A stretch of 64,000 nucleotides of DNA from Oscillospiraceae bacterium (GTDB lineage Bacteria; Bacteroidota; Bacteroidia; Bacteroidales; WCHB1-69): the NCBI GenBank assembly GCA_963620035.1, contig CAVEXN010000009.1, positions 5,332 to 69,331 on the forward strand, given 5' to 3'. The notes beneath the pieces are model-generated. The model saw nothing but the letters and a program-made list of their open reading frames with translations. It was not told the DNA's origin and did not search any database. Within the stretch, counting starts at the first letter, position 1. Each line of letters begins with the position of its first letter. The position numbers and the translations under genes are program-made. Of this stretch, positions 29,083 to 37,754 are shown piece after piece.

Positions 29083-29125
29083 CAGCCTCAAAAAAGCAAG
29101 ACCTTTAACGGTCGTTCTTTGAGAA

Positions 29126-29209
29126 GCCGAAGTGGTGGAATGGTAGACACGAGGGACTTAAAATCCCTTGCTCATTGCGAGCGTGTGGGTTCAAGTCCCA
29201 CCTTCGGTA
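29126..29209 (+). tRNA. tRNA-Leu (anticodon TAA), type II with long variable arm
   Basis: Acceptor GCCGAAG/CTTCGGT, anticodon stem AGGGA/TCCCT with loop CTTAAAA, variable arm GCTCattgCGAGC, T arm GTGGG/CCCAC. CCA encoded at 29210-29212. Confidence 0.9.
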
Positions 29210-29242
29210 CCAATAAATGGCAATTTCTAAAAATGAAAAAGC

Positions 29243-29278
29243 GGCATTGACTTCAATCTGAAGAAATGCCACTTTTTT
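29243..29278 (+). terminator. Terminator hairpin after tRNA-Leu
   Basis: Imperfect long hairpin ggcatt..cttca / tgaag..aatgcc followed by T6. Confidence 0.55.
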
Positions 29279-29351
29279 GTTTTAGAATCCCCAAAAACAA
29301 CGGCGGCAGGTGTCTTCTTTGCGAAGTCTTTGCCCTCGTGCTTTTGTATTC

Positions 29352-31964
29352 CTACATATCAGAAGCCCCGGAGTATTCCTCTTCGGAGTAGGCCTTCTGT
29401 TGTCTGTTCTTGTAGTTGTTGATTTTGTAAGTTAAGTTGAGTGAAATGTTAAAGCCCTCGTGTTCTCTGAGACTGTAGGAATAGTATCCTGTACTGCCCG
29501 CATTGGGCTCGTAATAATCATCGTAAACGGCGCAGTTCTGCCAAGACTGTATCTGCATCTGGCGCACTTTAGGGATGAAATAGAGAATATTTCGGATGTT
29601 GAGACTGACGACAAGCGAGTTGTCGAGGAAGCCTTTCTTCGCACCCATATTCAGCCAGTAAGTGGCGGAGCGTCTTCCTTGGCCAACGCCGCCCGTGCCC
29701 CATCCCATACTGCCTGACGTCAGCGAGGATGACCTGTAACGGAAGTCAAGTTGCAGGTCGAAATTCTTGCCTACGGTGAAAGTCTGGTTCACGCCCATAT
29801 TCCATGCCCAGTCGCGCGAGAGGTTCTCGTCAAGCAAGTTGTCGCTGTCGATGATGTTGCGGTAGAAACTTCCCGTGACGTTTACGCGCCAAACTTTTTT
29901 GACCCTTTGGCTGAAAAAGAATTCCACTCCCATATTCTGACTTTTGTTGTAGTTCATGTAAGTGGTCATAGTATAAGGATTCCTGAGCGTGTCCCATTTC
30001 ATTTCGGTATTCCGCGTAATGAGGTTCGTCCTCCTGCGGTAAAAACCCGTCAGTGTGATGGCGGTTTTGTCTTTGACGTACATATAACCTAATTCAAAGG
30101 AGTTGGCAAATTCAGGTTCCAGTTCCGGGTTTCCGCACGAGAGGTTCTCCTTGTCAGAATAGTTGACGAACGGGTTGAGTTGATGGATGCGAGGACGTTG
30201 CACACGGCGCGAGAAACTGAATTGAAGCGAATGTTCCGGTGTGAACTCGTATTTGAGGTGTATGGTAGGATAGAAGAAGTTCTTGGCAAAGTGGTTGTAG
30301 TTCCAATAGGAGTAAACCGTATCTTGCGACTTGAGGTCGGACACGGTGTATGACACTTCGCCCCGCAGTCCTAATTGCATCTGCAACTTGCTCCAGAACG
30401 TGTTGGAGTAGATGAAATAGAGGGCATTGATATATTCGGAATAGTTGAAATCGTTGCGCTGTGAGAGGTCTTCAACGGTGTCCTCTTCGGAAATGCCGGA
30501 ATAGAGGTGATAGTCTTGTCCTACGCCGCGGTAAGAGAACTTGTAGCCGCTCTCGACACGTCCGCCGTTGCCGACGCCCGTCACAAAGTCAAGTTGGGCT
30601 GACGCATCACGGTTCCGTTCAATTGTCGTGCTTGTCTGGTAATAGTCGGCTCTCTCATCGTTCTTATGTTGCTGGAAAAGGACATCTGTGGCGTTTCCGT
30701 TCCGGCTGGTGAAGAAAAGGTCCGCAGTGAGTTCACGTCCTGGGGTGGCAAAGGTCTTCTTGTAGTTGAGCGAGGCGTCAACAGCATTGAATTTGCGGAG
30801 GTTGTCGCCATCTTGGTCGTATTCGTTCAGGATGCTGTAGGTGGTGTCAGTTGTGGTGACAATCCTTCTTTTTGTAAGCGACCAAAGGTCGTTGTCGCGC
30901 TGCATCTTGCCGAAGTGGCCTCTGACGTTGAATGAAAGCGTATTGTATTTGTTGATGTAATAGTCGAGGGAGAGGGAGCCGTTCTGGAATCTGTCGCTGT
31001 GCGTGCCGTTGTTGTTCTGTTCCATAATGTCGGTGTAAAGGGAGTCCCACGATTCGCGCATCAGTCTCCCGCCGTTGCGGTGTGAGTGGTTGCGGTATCC
31101 GTAACTGGCAAACAGGTTAATCTTGTCGTAACGGTAGTTGAAACTGACGCTTCCGTTGTAGCCGTTGAGGAAGATGTTGTGCTTGCCGTTCTGGAAGATG
31201 CAAGCAGAGGAGCCGCCTACGTTGACCATGCCGTTGAAGCCTGACTCTTTTTTCTTCTTCAGCACCACATTCAGGATGCCGGCCATGCCGTCCGGTTCAA
31301 GCCGGGCCGACGGGTTGGTGATGACCTCGATGCTTTCAATCATGTCGGCGGGAATCTGGTCCATCGTCAGGTTGGTGGCCCGGCCATCTACAAGGATGGT
31401 CACGTTTTCGCTCCCCCTGAGGCTGACATTTCCTTCCAAGTCAACCGAAACGGAGGGGATCTCCTCAAGGACTTCCGCTGCGGTTTGCCCTGTCGCATTG
31501 ATGCTTGACTCGACATTGAAGACGGTCTTGTCAAGGTTGGTCTGAAGCATGTCTTTTTGGGCTTGTATCACTACGGCTTCCAGTTCTGTATTTTTGTCCG
31601 TCATCTTGTATTTCGGAATCCGGAATACCGCATTGCCCTTTGAGATCGAGAATTTGCCGGAGGTTGATTTCTGGTATCCTATATATTGGATTTCGACAAA
31701 ATATTCTCCAAACGGGATGTTTTCCAATGTGAATTTGCCGTCGCTGTCGGTGATGCCGTATTGTACGGTGGTGGAGTCTGTTGTTTTCTTTACGTTCACG
31801 GAGGCGTATTCCAAGGGTACTCCGTTGACATCTACAATTGAACCCGTGACAGTACCTGACGAATAATTTGTTTTGGCGGCCTGCTGCATCTCGGGCTGAG
31901 CCGTGGCCATAATGCACAGCAGCAGCAGGGTTGCGGAGACGACGTGTCGTTTTATGATTTCCAT
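29352..31964 (-). CDS. TonB-dependent-receptor-like outer membrane beta-barrel protein with N-terminal carboxypeptidase-regulatory-like domain
   Basis: 870 aa. Signal peptide, CarbopepD_reg-like SGTVTGSIVDVNGVPLEYASVNV, plug-like region (IESIEVITNPSARLEPDG), long beta-barrel. Confidence 0.8.
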   Translation of the reverse strand: MEIIKRHVVSATLLLLCIMATAQPEMQQAAKTNYSSGTVTGSIVDVNGVPLEYASVNVKKTTDSTTVQYGITDSDGKFTLENIPFGEYFVEIQYIGYQKSTSGKFSISKGNAVFRIPKYKMTDKNTELEAVVIQAQKDMLQTNLDKTVFNVESSINATGQTAAEVLEEIPSVSVDLEGNVSLRGSENVTILVDGRATNLTMDQIPADMIESIEVITNPSARLEPDGMAGILNVVLKKKKESGFNGMVNVGGSSACIFQNGKHNIFLNGYNGSVSFNYRYDKINLFASYGYRNHSHRNGGRLMRESWDSLYTDIMEQNNNGTHSDRFQNGSLSLDYYINKYNTLSFNVRGHFGKMQRDNDLWSLTKRRIVTTTDTTYSILNEYDQDGDNLRKFNAVDASLNYKKTFATPGRELTADLFFTSRNGNATDVLFQQHKNDERADYYQTSTTIERNRDASAQLDFVTGVGNGGRVESGYKFSYRGVGQDYHLYSGISEEDTVEDLSQRNDFNYSEYINALYFIYSNTFWSKLQMQLGLRGEVSYTVSDLKSQDTVYSYWNYNHFAKNFFYPTIHLKYEFTPEHSLQFSFSRRVQRPRIHQLNPFVNYSDKENLSCGNPELEPEFANSFELGYMYVKDKTAITLTGFYRRRTNLITRNTEMKWDTLRNPYTMTTYMNYNKSQNMGVEFFFSQRVKKVWRVNVTGSFYRNIIDSDNLLDENLSRDWAWNMGVNQTFTVGKNFDLQLDFRYRSSSLTSGSMGWGTGGVGQGRRSATYWLNMGAKKGFLDNSLVVSLNIRNILYFIPKVRQMQIQSWQNCAVYDDYYEPNAGSTGYYSYSLREHEGFNISLNLTYKINNYKNRQQKAYSEEEYSGASDM

Positions 31965-32000
31965 AATAGTTTTTTGTGCGATTATTGAGTGAAATGCAAT

Positions 32001-32061
32001 AAAAAAAGTTCAGTAAGGATAAATCCGAAGAGGATAAGTTTAATCCCTACTGAACTTTTTT
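32001..32061 (-). terminator. Terminator hairpin after ppiD (A-tract / hairpin / T-tract, potentially bidirectional)
   Basis: gttcagta.gg / cc.tactgaac stem flanked by A7 and T6. Confidence 0.55.
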
Positions 32062-32080
32062 GTAGTTCTTTTATGATATG

Positions 32081-34249
32081 CTATTTCTGGTAGAAACGGC
32101 AGCGGTTGTCTATAACCTTAGACTGGTTGATGAGATGGTTTACGATGGTCATCTCGCTGCGTTCGCGGCCGATCACCTCGTTGCGGAGCATGTTCTTTTC
32201 GAACATCAGCTGCTGGCTGGCGGGGTTCGTGTTTTTGGATTTCACATCTACCACATAGACCATATTCTTGCCTGCCACGGCTGCGGTCTTGTTCTCTTCA
32301 AGGCTGAAAATCTTGCCGATGGCACTGCCGTCCACGCCGCGGTTGCGGTAGAGGTCGCCGGTGAAGTTCAATATCACGCTGTCCATTACGTGGGAATTGT
32401 ACTGCTGTGCCAGCGCTTGGAAGTCAGCATCGGATGCCAAAGACTTTGCGACTTCTTCGGCCACCATTTCCGTTTTCTTCTCCATTTCGAGTTGTGCCTT
32501 GATGTCGTCTTTGACGTTTTTCAGTTTTTGCACGCCTTCATCGTGTACGTTTCTCACGGCCGCCACAGCGAAAAACATTCTTTCCACATTGATGACATCG
32601 GAAATGTCGTCTTTCTTCACGTCGTCTGAAAAAGCCCAGCTGACGATGTCCCGGCAGTTGGGGAGTTGGTCGATGACGGAAGCCATTGAGAGAACATTGG
32701 TGCCTTTGACTGTCTGGATACCTTTGGAGGCTGCGGTCGAGATAAGTTCGTCTGCGTTGGTCACTGAAGCGGCGAATGTGTTGGCTTGCGATTTCAGGGA
32801 GGCGACAGTTGCATCAGAAGCGGAAATGCTGTAGTCATACAGAACGAACTGTCTTTTGGAAATCGGCCTGGTGCGTGACATCATCTGAAAGACGATGTAG
32901 CCGTTGGGGGCAGCATACACATATACATTGCCGTCGGCGGTGCCGGTGAGGTTGTTGTACAGGACCGGCAGCGTTCCTCTCTCGGGAAGCCAGATGGTGG
33001 TGTCCGTCTGCTCGCGGCCGTCGAGGTAATTAGGCTGCAGGGCGAATATGGTGGACTCTTTGCTTTCAATGACGTTTTTCAGGCTGTCAGCCAAACTCTT
33101 GGCCTCGCTCTTGGAGTATTTGGCAGAAGTGTTTTGGGAGGTCTTGAAAGGAAGTTCAATGAGGGCCACCTGCACGGAGTCTGGTCGGGCGGCCTCTCCA
33201 AACACCTTCCCGAAATACCATTTCTGGTTTTCGTAGTTGTAAGGCTCGATGAAAGAGCCGACAGCGCATTTGAAGATGAGGCTGTCGAGTGCTGGGATGT
33301 TGATGTCCTCGGACTTGTAGTAGGTGCTGTCCACTACGCCGTTGCCTCTTTCTGCGCTGTAGTCTGCCAACGATGTCACGGTCGTGAATGTCCGGAAGTC
33401 TGCGCGCACGCTGTCTTCAATGGCTTTCAAGTCTGCGGCCGTGGGGTTGATCGGGAAAATCGCAACGTCAATGTCGCGGTTCTTCTCATGAACCGTAAAG
33501 AGGTCCTTTTTATGTTTGTTGTAAAAGTCTTTTACTTCCTTGTCGCTGACCGTTGCCGCTATGCTGTTGAAAGTGGCAGCCTGAGGGTTTATGCTCATCA
33601 AAGAAACCATGGCGTCGGTGTTGTCTTTGGCAAGTTGCTGTGCGAGCGGGTCAGAGAAATACACCGTGTTTTGGGCCAGGGCAAAGTAGCGGGTCGATTT
33701 CTCGCCGGAAATGGCGAAGCGTACGATGGCTTTGTATGCGTTGTAAAGCTCCTTGGTCTGGTCGTTGTTGGCGTACTCGTCGATGTTGGAGATGATGGCC
33801 ATCGCATTTTCCGGACCGTAGAGTTGGGCAAGAGCGTTTGCGAACTGGGCCATATACTGGTTGGGACGTTGCGTGTTGAGGCTGGCAATCATCTCTGCCT
33901 TGAAATCCTCTTCCATCTGTGAGGTGAATGAAAGACCGAGTGACTTGAGTTGGTTGTCCAAAATGGCGTCCTGCAGCATCTGCCGCCAGGTCATCTCGTG
34001 AATCTGGTATGTTTCGTTCTCGTCGAATGAAGATTTGTTTTGCATAAGGCGCATCAGCGAGGTGTTTTCTTCAAATTGTTCGCTGTATGCCTTGTCCATA
34101 TTTTTGCCATCGACTTTGGCCATTACATTTTTGTTGGAGAATGTACGGGTCACCTGCGATAGGTCGCCCAGAATAAACGCAAGCATTGCAATTCCGATGA
34201 TGACCATCAGTGCCACGCCATGTTTACGAATCGAGCCAATTGCTGCCAT
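32081..34249 (-). CDS. ppiD: Periplasmic chaperone / peptidyl-prolyl isomerase PpiD-like
   Basis: N-terminal anchor IRKHGVALMVIIGIAMLAFILGD, about 720 aa SurA/PpiD-type architecture. The track start is a TTG 2 codons upstream of the ATG. Confidence 0.8.
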   Translation of the reverse strand: MAAIGSIRKHGVALMVIIGIAMLAFILGDLSQVTRTFSNKNVMAKVDGKNMDKAYSEQFEENTSLMRLMQNKSSFDENETYQIHEMTWRQMLQDAILDNQLKSLGLSFTSQMEEDFKAEMIASLNTQRPNQYMAQFANALAQLYGPENAMAIISNIDEYANNDQTKELYNAYKAIVRFAISGEKSTRYFALAQNTVYFSDPLAQQLAKDNTDAMVSLMSINPQAATFNSIAATVSDKEVKDFYNKHKKDLFTVHEKNRDIDVAIFPINPTAADLKAIEDSVRADFRTFTTVTSLADYSAERGNGVVDSTYYKSEDINIPALDSLIFKCAVGSFIEPYNYENQKWYFGKVFGEAARPDSVQVALIELPFKTSQNTSAKYSKSEAKSLADSLKNVIESKESTIFALQPNYLDGREQTDTTIWLPERGTLPVLYNNLTGTADGNVYVYAAPNGYIVFQMMSRTRPISKRQFVLYDYSISASDATVASLKSQANTFAASVTNADELISTAASKGIQTVKGTNVLSMASVIDQLPNCRDIVSWAFSDDVKKDDISDVINVERMFFAVAAVRNVHDEGVQKLKNVKDDIKAQLEMEKKTEMVAEEVAKSLASDADFQALAQQYNSHVMDSVILNFTGDLYRNRGVDGSAIGKIFSLEENKTAAVAGKNMVYVVDVKSKNTNPASQQLMFEKNMLRNEVIGRERSEMTIVNHLINQSKVIDNRCRFYQK

Positions 34250-34299
34250 ATTCAATTACTGTTTTTTATAGTTGTACAATGTTTTTTCAAAAAAGCGTG

Positions 34300-34307
34300 C
34301 AAAAATA
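34300..34307 (-). promoter_or_regulatory. -7 box TATTTTTG for ppiD
   Basis: Reverse complement of caaaaata, 51 nt upstream of the ATG. Confidence 0.45.
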
Positions 34308-34423
34308 GCATTTTTTCTTTTGGCCTGTGTTTTGCCGCTTCATTATTTTTCGTCTTTGCCGTATGTGCGCCCCGAAAACGTGCAGTTCCATGCTAGGAAA
34401 AGTTGCTTATGTCATATAGACGG

Positions 34424-35080
34424 TCAGTCGCGGATGCGCAGCCCGAGTTCTTGCAGGAAAGGCTTGAGAACAGGGTTCTGTTCTTCGAGATTCTTGAACT
34501 TGTCTTCGGAACTGATGATGATTTTCTTTTTCTCAAGACGTGTGTTCGTCTCTATGACAATGTCGATGACTTTGATGGAGAAATGATTCCGCCAATAATC
34601 CAGCAGCGTCGGTTTCCTGGATTCATATTCTTCTTTCTGGAAATCGTTCAGCACTTCGATGTGGACGATGCCGTCCTTGAAATCGGGCATTCTGTCTTTC
34701 ATGGAATGGTAGATCATCGGGAGGCGCGAAAAGATGTCGTTGAACATCTTGTTCCAGCAGTCGGCGAATGTTTCGGGTTCTGTTGCGGGTCGGCTCTCTT
34801 TATCGGATGTGTGGTTCTCTGTGTTGCCGGTTGGCGCCGGCAGTGACTGCACAGAAGATGCCGCAAGGGGTGTGGTCACTTCACCGTCCATCACGCTGCG
34901 GATAGAGGGAGTCTGCCGTATAGGCGGAACTCCCGGGAACTTGAATTCCTGGTTTGATATTCTCGGCTTGTCGGAAAAGGCTGCGGCTGCCGCTGTCTCA
35001 CCGGTGGTGGAGGCCGTTCCACCCTCTGGGTTATTTACGCTCCTGCGATTGCCTGGCTTTTTTGAACAGGTAGTTTGCGT
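34424..35080 (-). CDS. dnaX: dnaX tau-specific C-terminal half, open in the +1 frame relative to the dnaX N-terminal ORF (stop-to-stop coordinates)
   Basis: The frame is stop-free from 35080 and overlaps the end of the N-terminal ORF by 50 nt. It has an Ala/Thr/Pro/Ser/Gly-rich linker, then a conserved-looking C-terminal domain (CWNKMF...LLDYWRNHF...EDKFKNLEEQNPVLKPFLQELGLRI) like full-length Bacteroidales DnaX. First internal start is the GTG at 34894. Confidence 0.7.
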   Translation of the reverse strand, partial: TQTTCSKKPGNRRSVNNPEGGTASTTGETAAAAAFSDKPRISNQEFKFPGVPPIRQTPSIRSVMDGEVTTPLAASSVQSLPAPTGNTENHTSDKESRPATEPETFADCWNKMFNDIFSRLPMIYHSMKDRMPDFKDGIVHIEVLNDFQKEEYESRKPTLLDYWRNHFSIKVIDIVIETNTRLEKKKIIISSEDKFKNLEEQNPVLKPFLQELGLRIRD

Positions 35081-36158
35081 TTATCTGCATCAGGCAGAGT
35101 TCAACTGACAGTCGCTTGTTGTTGGACATCTTGTAGTTGAAGTCGCACTGGTTGGCCAGTTCCATGGCTCTGAGCAGCAGTGCCCGGTCTGCCGTCTGAG
35201 CCTGCCGCACCAGCCGGTCGCGGATGTTGTCGGAGGTTTCCAGCAGTCTGGATGTGGCCGGGTCGCGGGCAATCATGAGATTCCGGAAATGGGAGGCCAG
35301 TCCCGAGATGAAGTTCTGGGCGTCGAAGCCGCGGGCCAGGATGTCGTCAAAGAGCAGCAGCGCCTGCGCAACCTCTTCGCTGAACAGGTGGTCGGTCACT
35401 TTGAAGAAATTGTCCACGTCCAGTACGTTGAGGTTCTCGATGGCGTCTGTGTATGTGATTCTTTTGCCTGAAAAACTCACCAGGCGGTCGAAGATGGACA
35501 GGGCGTCGCGGAGTGCGCCGTCTGCCTTGTCGGCAATGACGCGCAAGGCTTCCTCCTCGGCCTCAACCCCCTCTTGCGCAGCCACATACTGGAGATGCCT
35601 GATGATGTCACGCTCTTCTATACGTTTGAAATCATATACTTGGCATCTTGAAAGGATGGTCGGGATTATCTTGTGCTTTTCGGTGGTCGCCATGATGAAT
35701 TTGGCGTATGCCGGCGGTTCCTCGAGGGTTTTGAGAAATGCGTTGAAAGCCGCCCCCGAGAGCATGTGAACCTCGTCGATGATGTAAACCTTGTATTTGG
35801 CGCCTTGCGGCGGAATCTGAACCTGCTCCACCAACGAACGGATGTCTTCGACGGAGTTGTTGGAGGCCGCGTCGAGCTCGAACACGTTGAATGACGCCGA
35901 ATTGTTGAAAGACTGGCACGATTCACATACGTTGCAGGGCTCGAAAGAGTCGGTGAGATTCCGGCAGTTGAGCGCCTTGGCGAAAATGCGTGCGCAGGTG
36001 GTCTTGCCGACGCCACGCGGACCGCAGAACAGGAAAGCCTGTGCCACCTGACCGGTGCGGATCGCATTCTTCAATGTTGAGGTTATGGAATCCTGCCCTA
36101 CGACGGAGTTGAATGTCGTTGGCCGGTATTTGCGGGCAGATACAATAAAATTATCCAT
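35031..36158 (-). CDS. dnaX: DNA polymerase III subunit gamma/tau, N-terminal (gamma-like) reading frame
   Basis: Walker A GPRGVGKTT, Walker B IIDEVHML, SRC motif ILSRCQ, MDNFIVSARKYRPTTF N-terminus. The frame ends 9 codons after the A6G tract. Confidence 0.9.
   Translation of the reverse strand: MDNFIVSARKYRPTTFNSVVGQDSITSTLKNAIRTGQVAQAFLFCGPRGVGKTTCARIFAKALNCRNLTDSFEPCNVCESCQSFNNSASFNVFELDAASNNSVEDIRSLVEQVQIPPQGAKYKVYIIDEVHMLSGAAFNAFLKTLEEPPAYAKFIMATTEKHKIIPTILSRCQVYDFKRIEERDIIRHLQYVAAQEGVEAEEEALRVIADKADGALRDALSIFDRLVSFSGKRITYTDAIENLNVLDVDNFFKVTDHLFSEEVAQALLLFDDILARGFDAQNFISGLASHFRNLMIARDPATSRLLETSDNIRDRLVRQAQTADRALLLRAMELANQCDFNYKMSNNKRLSVELCLMQINANYLFKKARQSQERK
35057..35063 (-). promoter_or_regulatory. 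A6G tract (A-AAA-AAG) at the dnaX frame junction; candidate slippery/slippage site or indel-prone homopolymer
   Basis: Minus strand reads TTC AAA AAA GCC in the N-terminal frame and TCA AAA AAG CCA in the tau frame. Confidence 0.5.
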
Positions 36159-36192
36159 GATTGTCTTGCTGTTGTTGTGTTTATTTGAGCGG

Positions 36193-36200
36193 CAAATATA
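36193..36200 (-). promoter_or_regulatory. -7 box TATATTTG for dnaX
   Basis: Reverse complement of caaatata, 35 nt upstream of the ATG at 36158. Confidence 0.45.
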
Positions 36201-36448
36201 CAAAAAACGAAAATACGACAATTCGGGGTCTCGTTCACGGCCGCCGTACGAAAATGATTTTAGACCTTAGACCTTAAAACTTAGATTTCAGAGGCGTTAC
36301 GCTTTGGCTCCGTTTTCAATTCCACGTTGTTGTGCCTCAAAGAGGGCCAACAACAACGGCCGGGCAGCATACAATGACACCGGCGGCCATGCAAGTCCTG
36401 GATATGTTCAATTTTCGGGTTTTGAAACGTGCACTTACAAAATTTTTA

Positions 36449-36456
36449 TATCTTTG
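36449..36456 (+). promoter_or_regulatory. -7 box TATCTTTG for the bamD operon
   Basis: TAnnTTTG match 16 nt upstream of the ATG at 36472. Confidence 0.45.
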
Positions 36457-36471
36457 CACGTTTTACTTATT

Positions 36472-37386
36472 ATGACCAAGAAGATTGTTAACTTGCTGAT
36501 AATAACGATGTTGTTGGCATCTGCAAAGTGCTTTGCAGTTGTTGTCCCGTGCCCCGTGCTTCCGGCAGATACGCCGACAGTGTCTGCCAAGACCGTTGGA
36601 GACACCGCCACGACTGAAGCCAAGGCGAGCAAGAAACCCAAAAAGGTCCGCAGCCAAGGCAGGAAGGTTACGTTCGAGAACTTTGACCAGCAGTATGCGC
36701 GGGCGCTCCGCTATTACAACAACGGCCAATATCTTTCAGCAGCCGGCTTGTTTGAGAATCTTTACCCGCTCTCGCTCGGAACGGAAAAAGCAGATACAAT
36801 ATTATTTCTTTTTGCCCAGAGTTATTACAAGAACGGAGACTACGATATGGCGGCATTCCATTTCAGGGACTATGCCAGACGTTATCCCAATACCACCCGC
36901 ACCGAAGACGCTTTCTACTACGGCATCTGCGCCATTTACAATTCAAGTCCGGAATATTCATTGGACCAGAGCAATACCGAATTCGCCATAGAGCAGATAA
37001 AGGCTTTCCTACAGGCCTATCCAAACAGTTCGCACACCGAGGAGTGCAACGTGATGCTGGATGCCATGCGCACAAAACTGGCCAGGAAGGATTTGGAAAT
37101 CCTGATTCTCTATTATGATACCGACCATTACGAAGCCTGCCAGATTGCGGCAAAGAATTTCTTCAACGACTATTCTTACTCGCCGCTGATGCCTGAAGCC
37201 ATCTATTATCTTGTGCTGAACAATCTTGAATATGCCAAGAGAAGTGTGGAAAGCAAGAAGAAAGAACGCTACACGGCCTGTCTGGACGCATGCAACAGGC
37301 TTCTCTTGAATTACCCCGAGAACAAATACACTGCCGAGGTGAACAAAATCGCGCTTGAGGCGCGCAAACAACTGAACGGAAAATAA
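36472..37386 (+). CDS. bamD: Outer membrane protein assembly factor BamD (TPR lipoprotein)
   Basis: Signal/lipobox region, TPR-like YYNNGQYLSAAGLFE, YYKNGDYDMAAFHFRDY. Conserved position before rpoZ-coaBC. Confidence 0.78.
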   Translation: MTKKIVNLLIITMLLASAKCFAVVVPCPVLPADTPTVSAKTVGDTATTEAKASKKPKKVRSQGRKVTFENFDQQYARALRYYNNGQYLSAAGLFENLYPLSLGTEKADTILFLFAQSYYKNGDYDMAAFHFRDYARRYPNTTRTEDAFYYGICAIYNSSPEYSLDQSNTEFAIEQIKAFLQAYPNSSHTEECNVMLDAMRTKLARKDLEILILYYDTDHYEACQIAAKNFFNDYSYSPLMPEAIYYLVLNNLEYAKRSVESKKKERYTACLDACNRLLLNYPENKYTAEVNKIALEARKQLNGK

Positions 37387-37412
37387 ATTCAAATTCGCGA
37401 AATATATAATAA

Positions 37413-37745
37413 ATGAAAGCTGCAGATTACAAAAAACTTAAGACGGATCTTTTTGCCAAAACCAAAGACATCAGACAATACGACAAGGAGACGGGGAATT
37501 ACTATAAAAGCATTGTCATCATGTCGAAAAGGGCTGACCAGATAGCCGCCGACCTGAAACAGGAATTCATAGAGAGTTCGCAGCAGTACGCCACCGGCAA
37601 TGAAACGCTGGACGAGGTCACGGAGAACCGCGAGCAGATAGAACTCTCCAAGTTCTATGAGCAGTTGCCCAAGCCGACGCAACTTGCCCTTTACGAATTC
37701 GAGCACGAAATGATTTACTTCAAGGATTCAGACAACAACCAATAA
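37413..37745 (+). CDS. rpoZ: RNA polymerase omega subunit-like protein (Bacteroidota long form)
   Basis: 110 aa; YYKSIVIMSKRADQIA resembles the Rpb6/omega core. Conserved bamD-rpoZ-coaBC synteny. Confidence 0.65.
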   Translation: MKAADYKKLKTDLFAKTKDIRQYDKETGNYYKSIVIMSKRADQIAADLKQEFIESSQQYATGNETLDEVTENREQIELSKFYEQLPKPTQLALYEFEHEMIYFKDSDNNQ

Positions 37746-37754
37746 CCCAACAGC

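Noticed and set aside
25398-29212. Three tRNA genes, considered as possible attachment sites for an integrated element.
   Set aside because: The flanking genes are housekeeping (dapD, an RsmI-like methyltransferase, ppiD, dnaX). There is no integrase, excisionase or transfer gene, and I noticed no repeated tRNA 3' segment.
35006-35023. A GGTGGA/TCCACC hairpin downstream of the dnaX A6G tract, considered as a frameshift stimulator.
   Set aside because: It starts about 33 nt after the tract, far beyond the 5-9 nt spacing of known stimulatory structures, and it has only 6 bp. I saw no convincing structure closer to the site.
36260-36287. Four tandem heptamers, TTAGACC TTAGACC TTAAAAC TTAGATT, in the dnaX-bamD divergent intergenic region.
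   Set aside because: Only two copies are identical. The motif matches no binding site I know, and the tract is short enough to arise by chance or local slippage.
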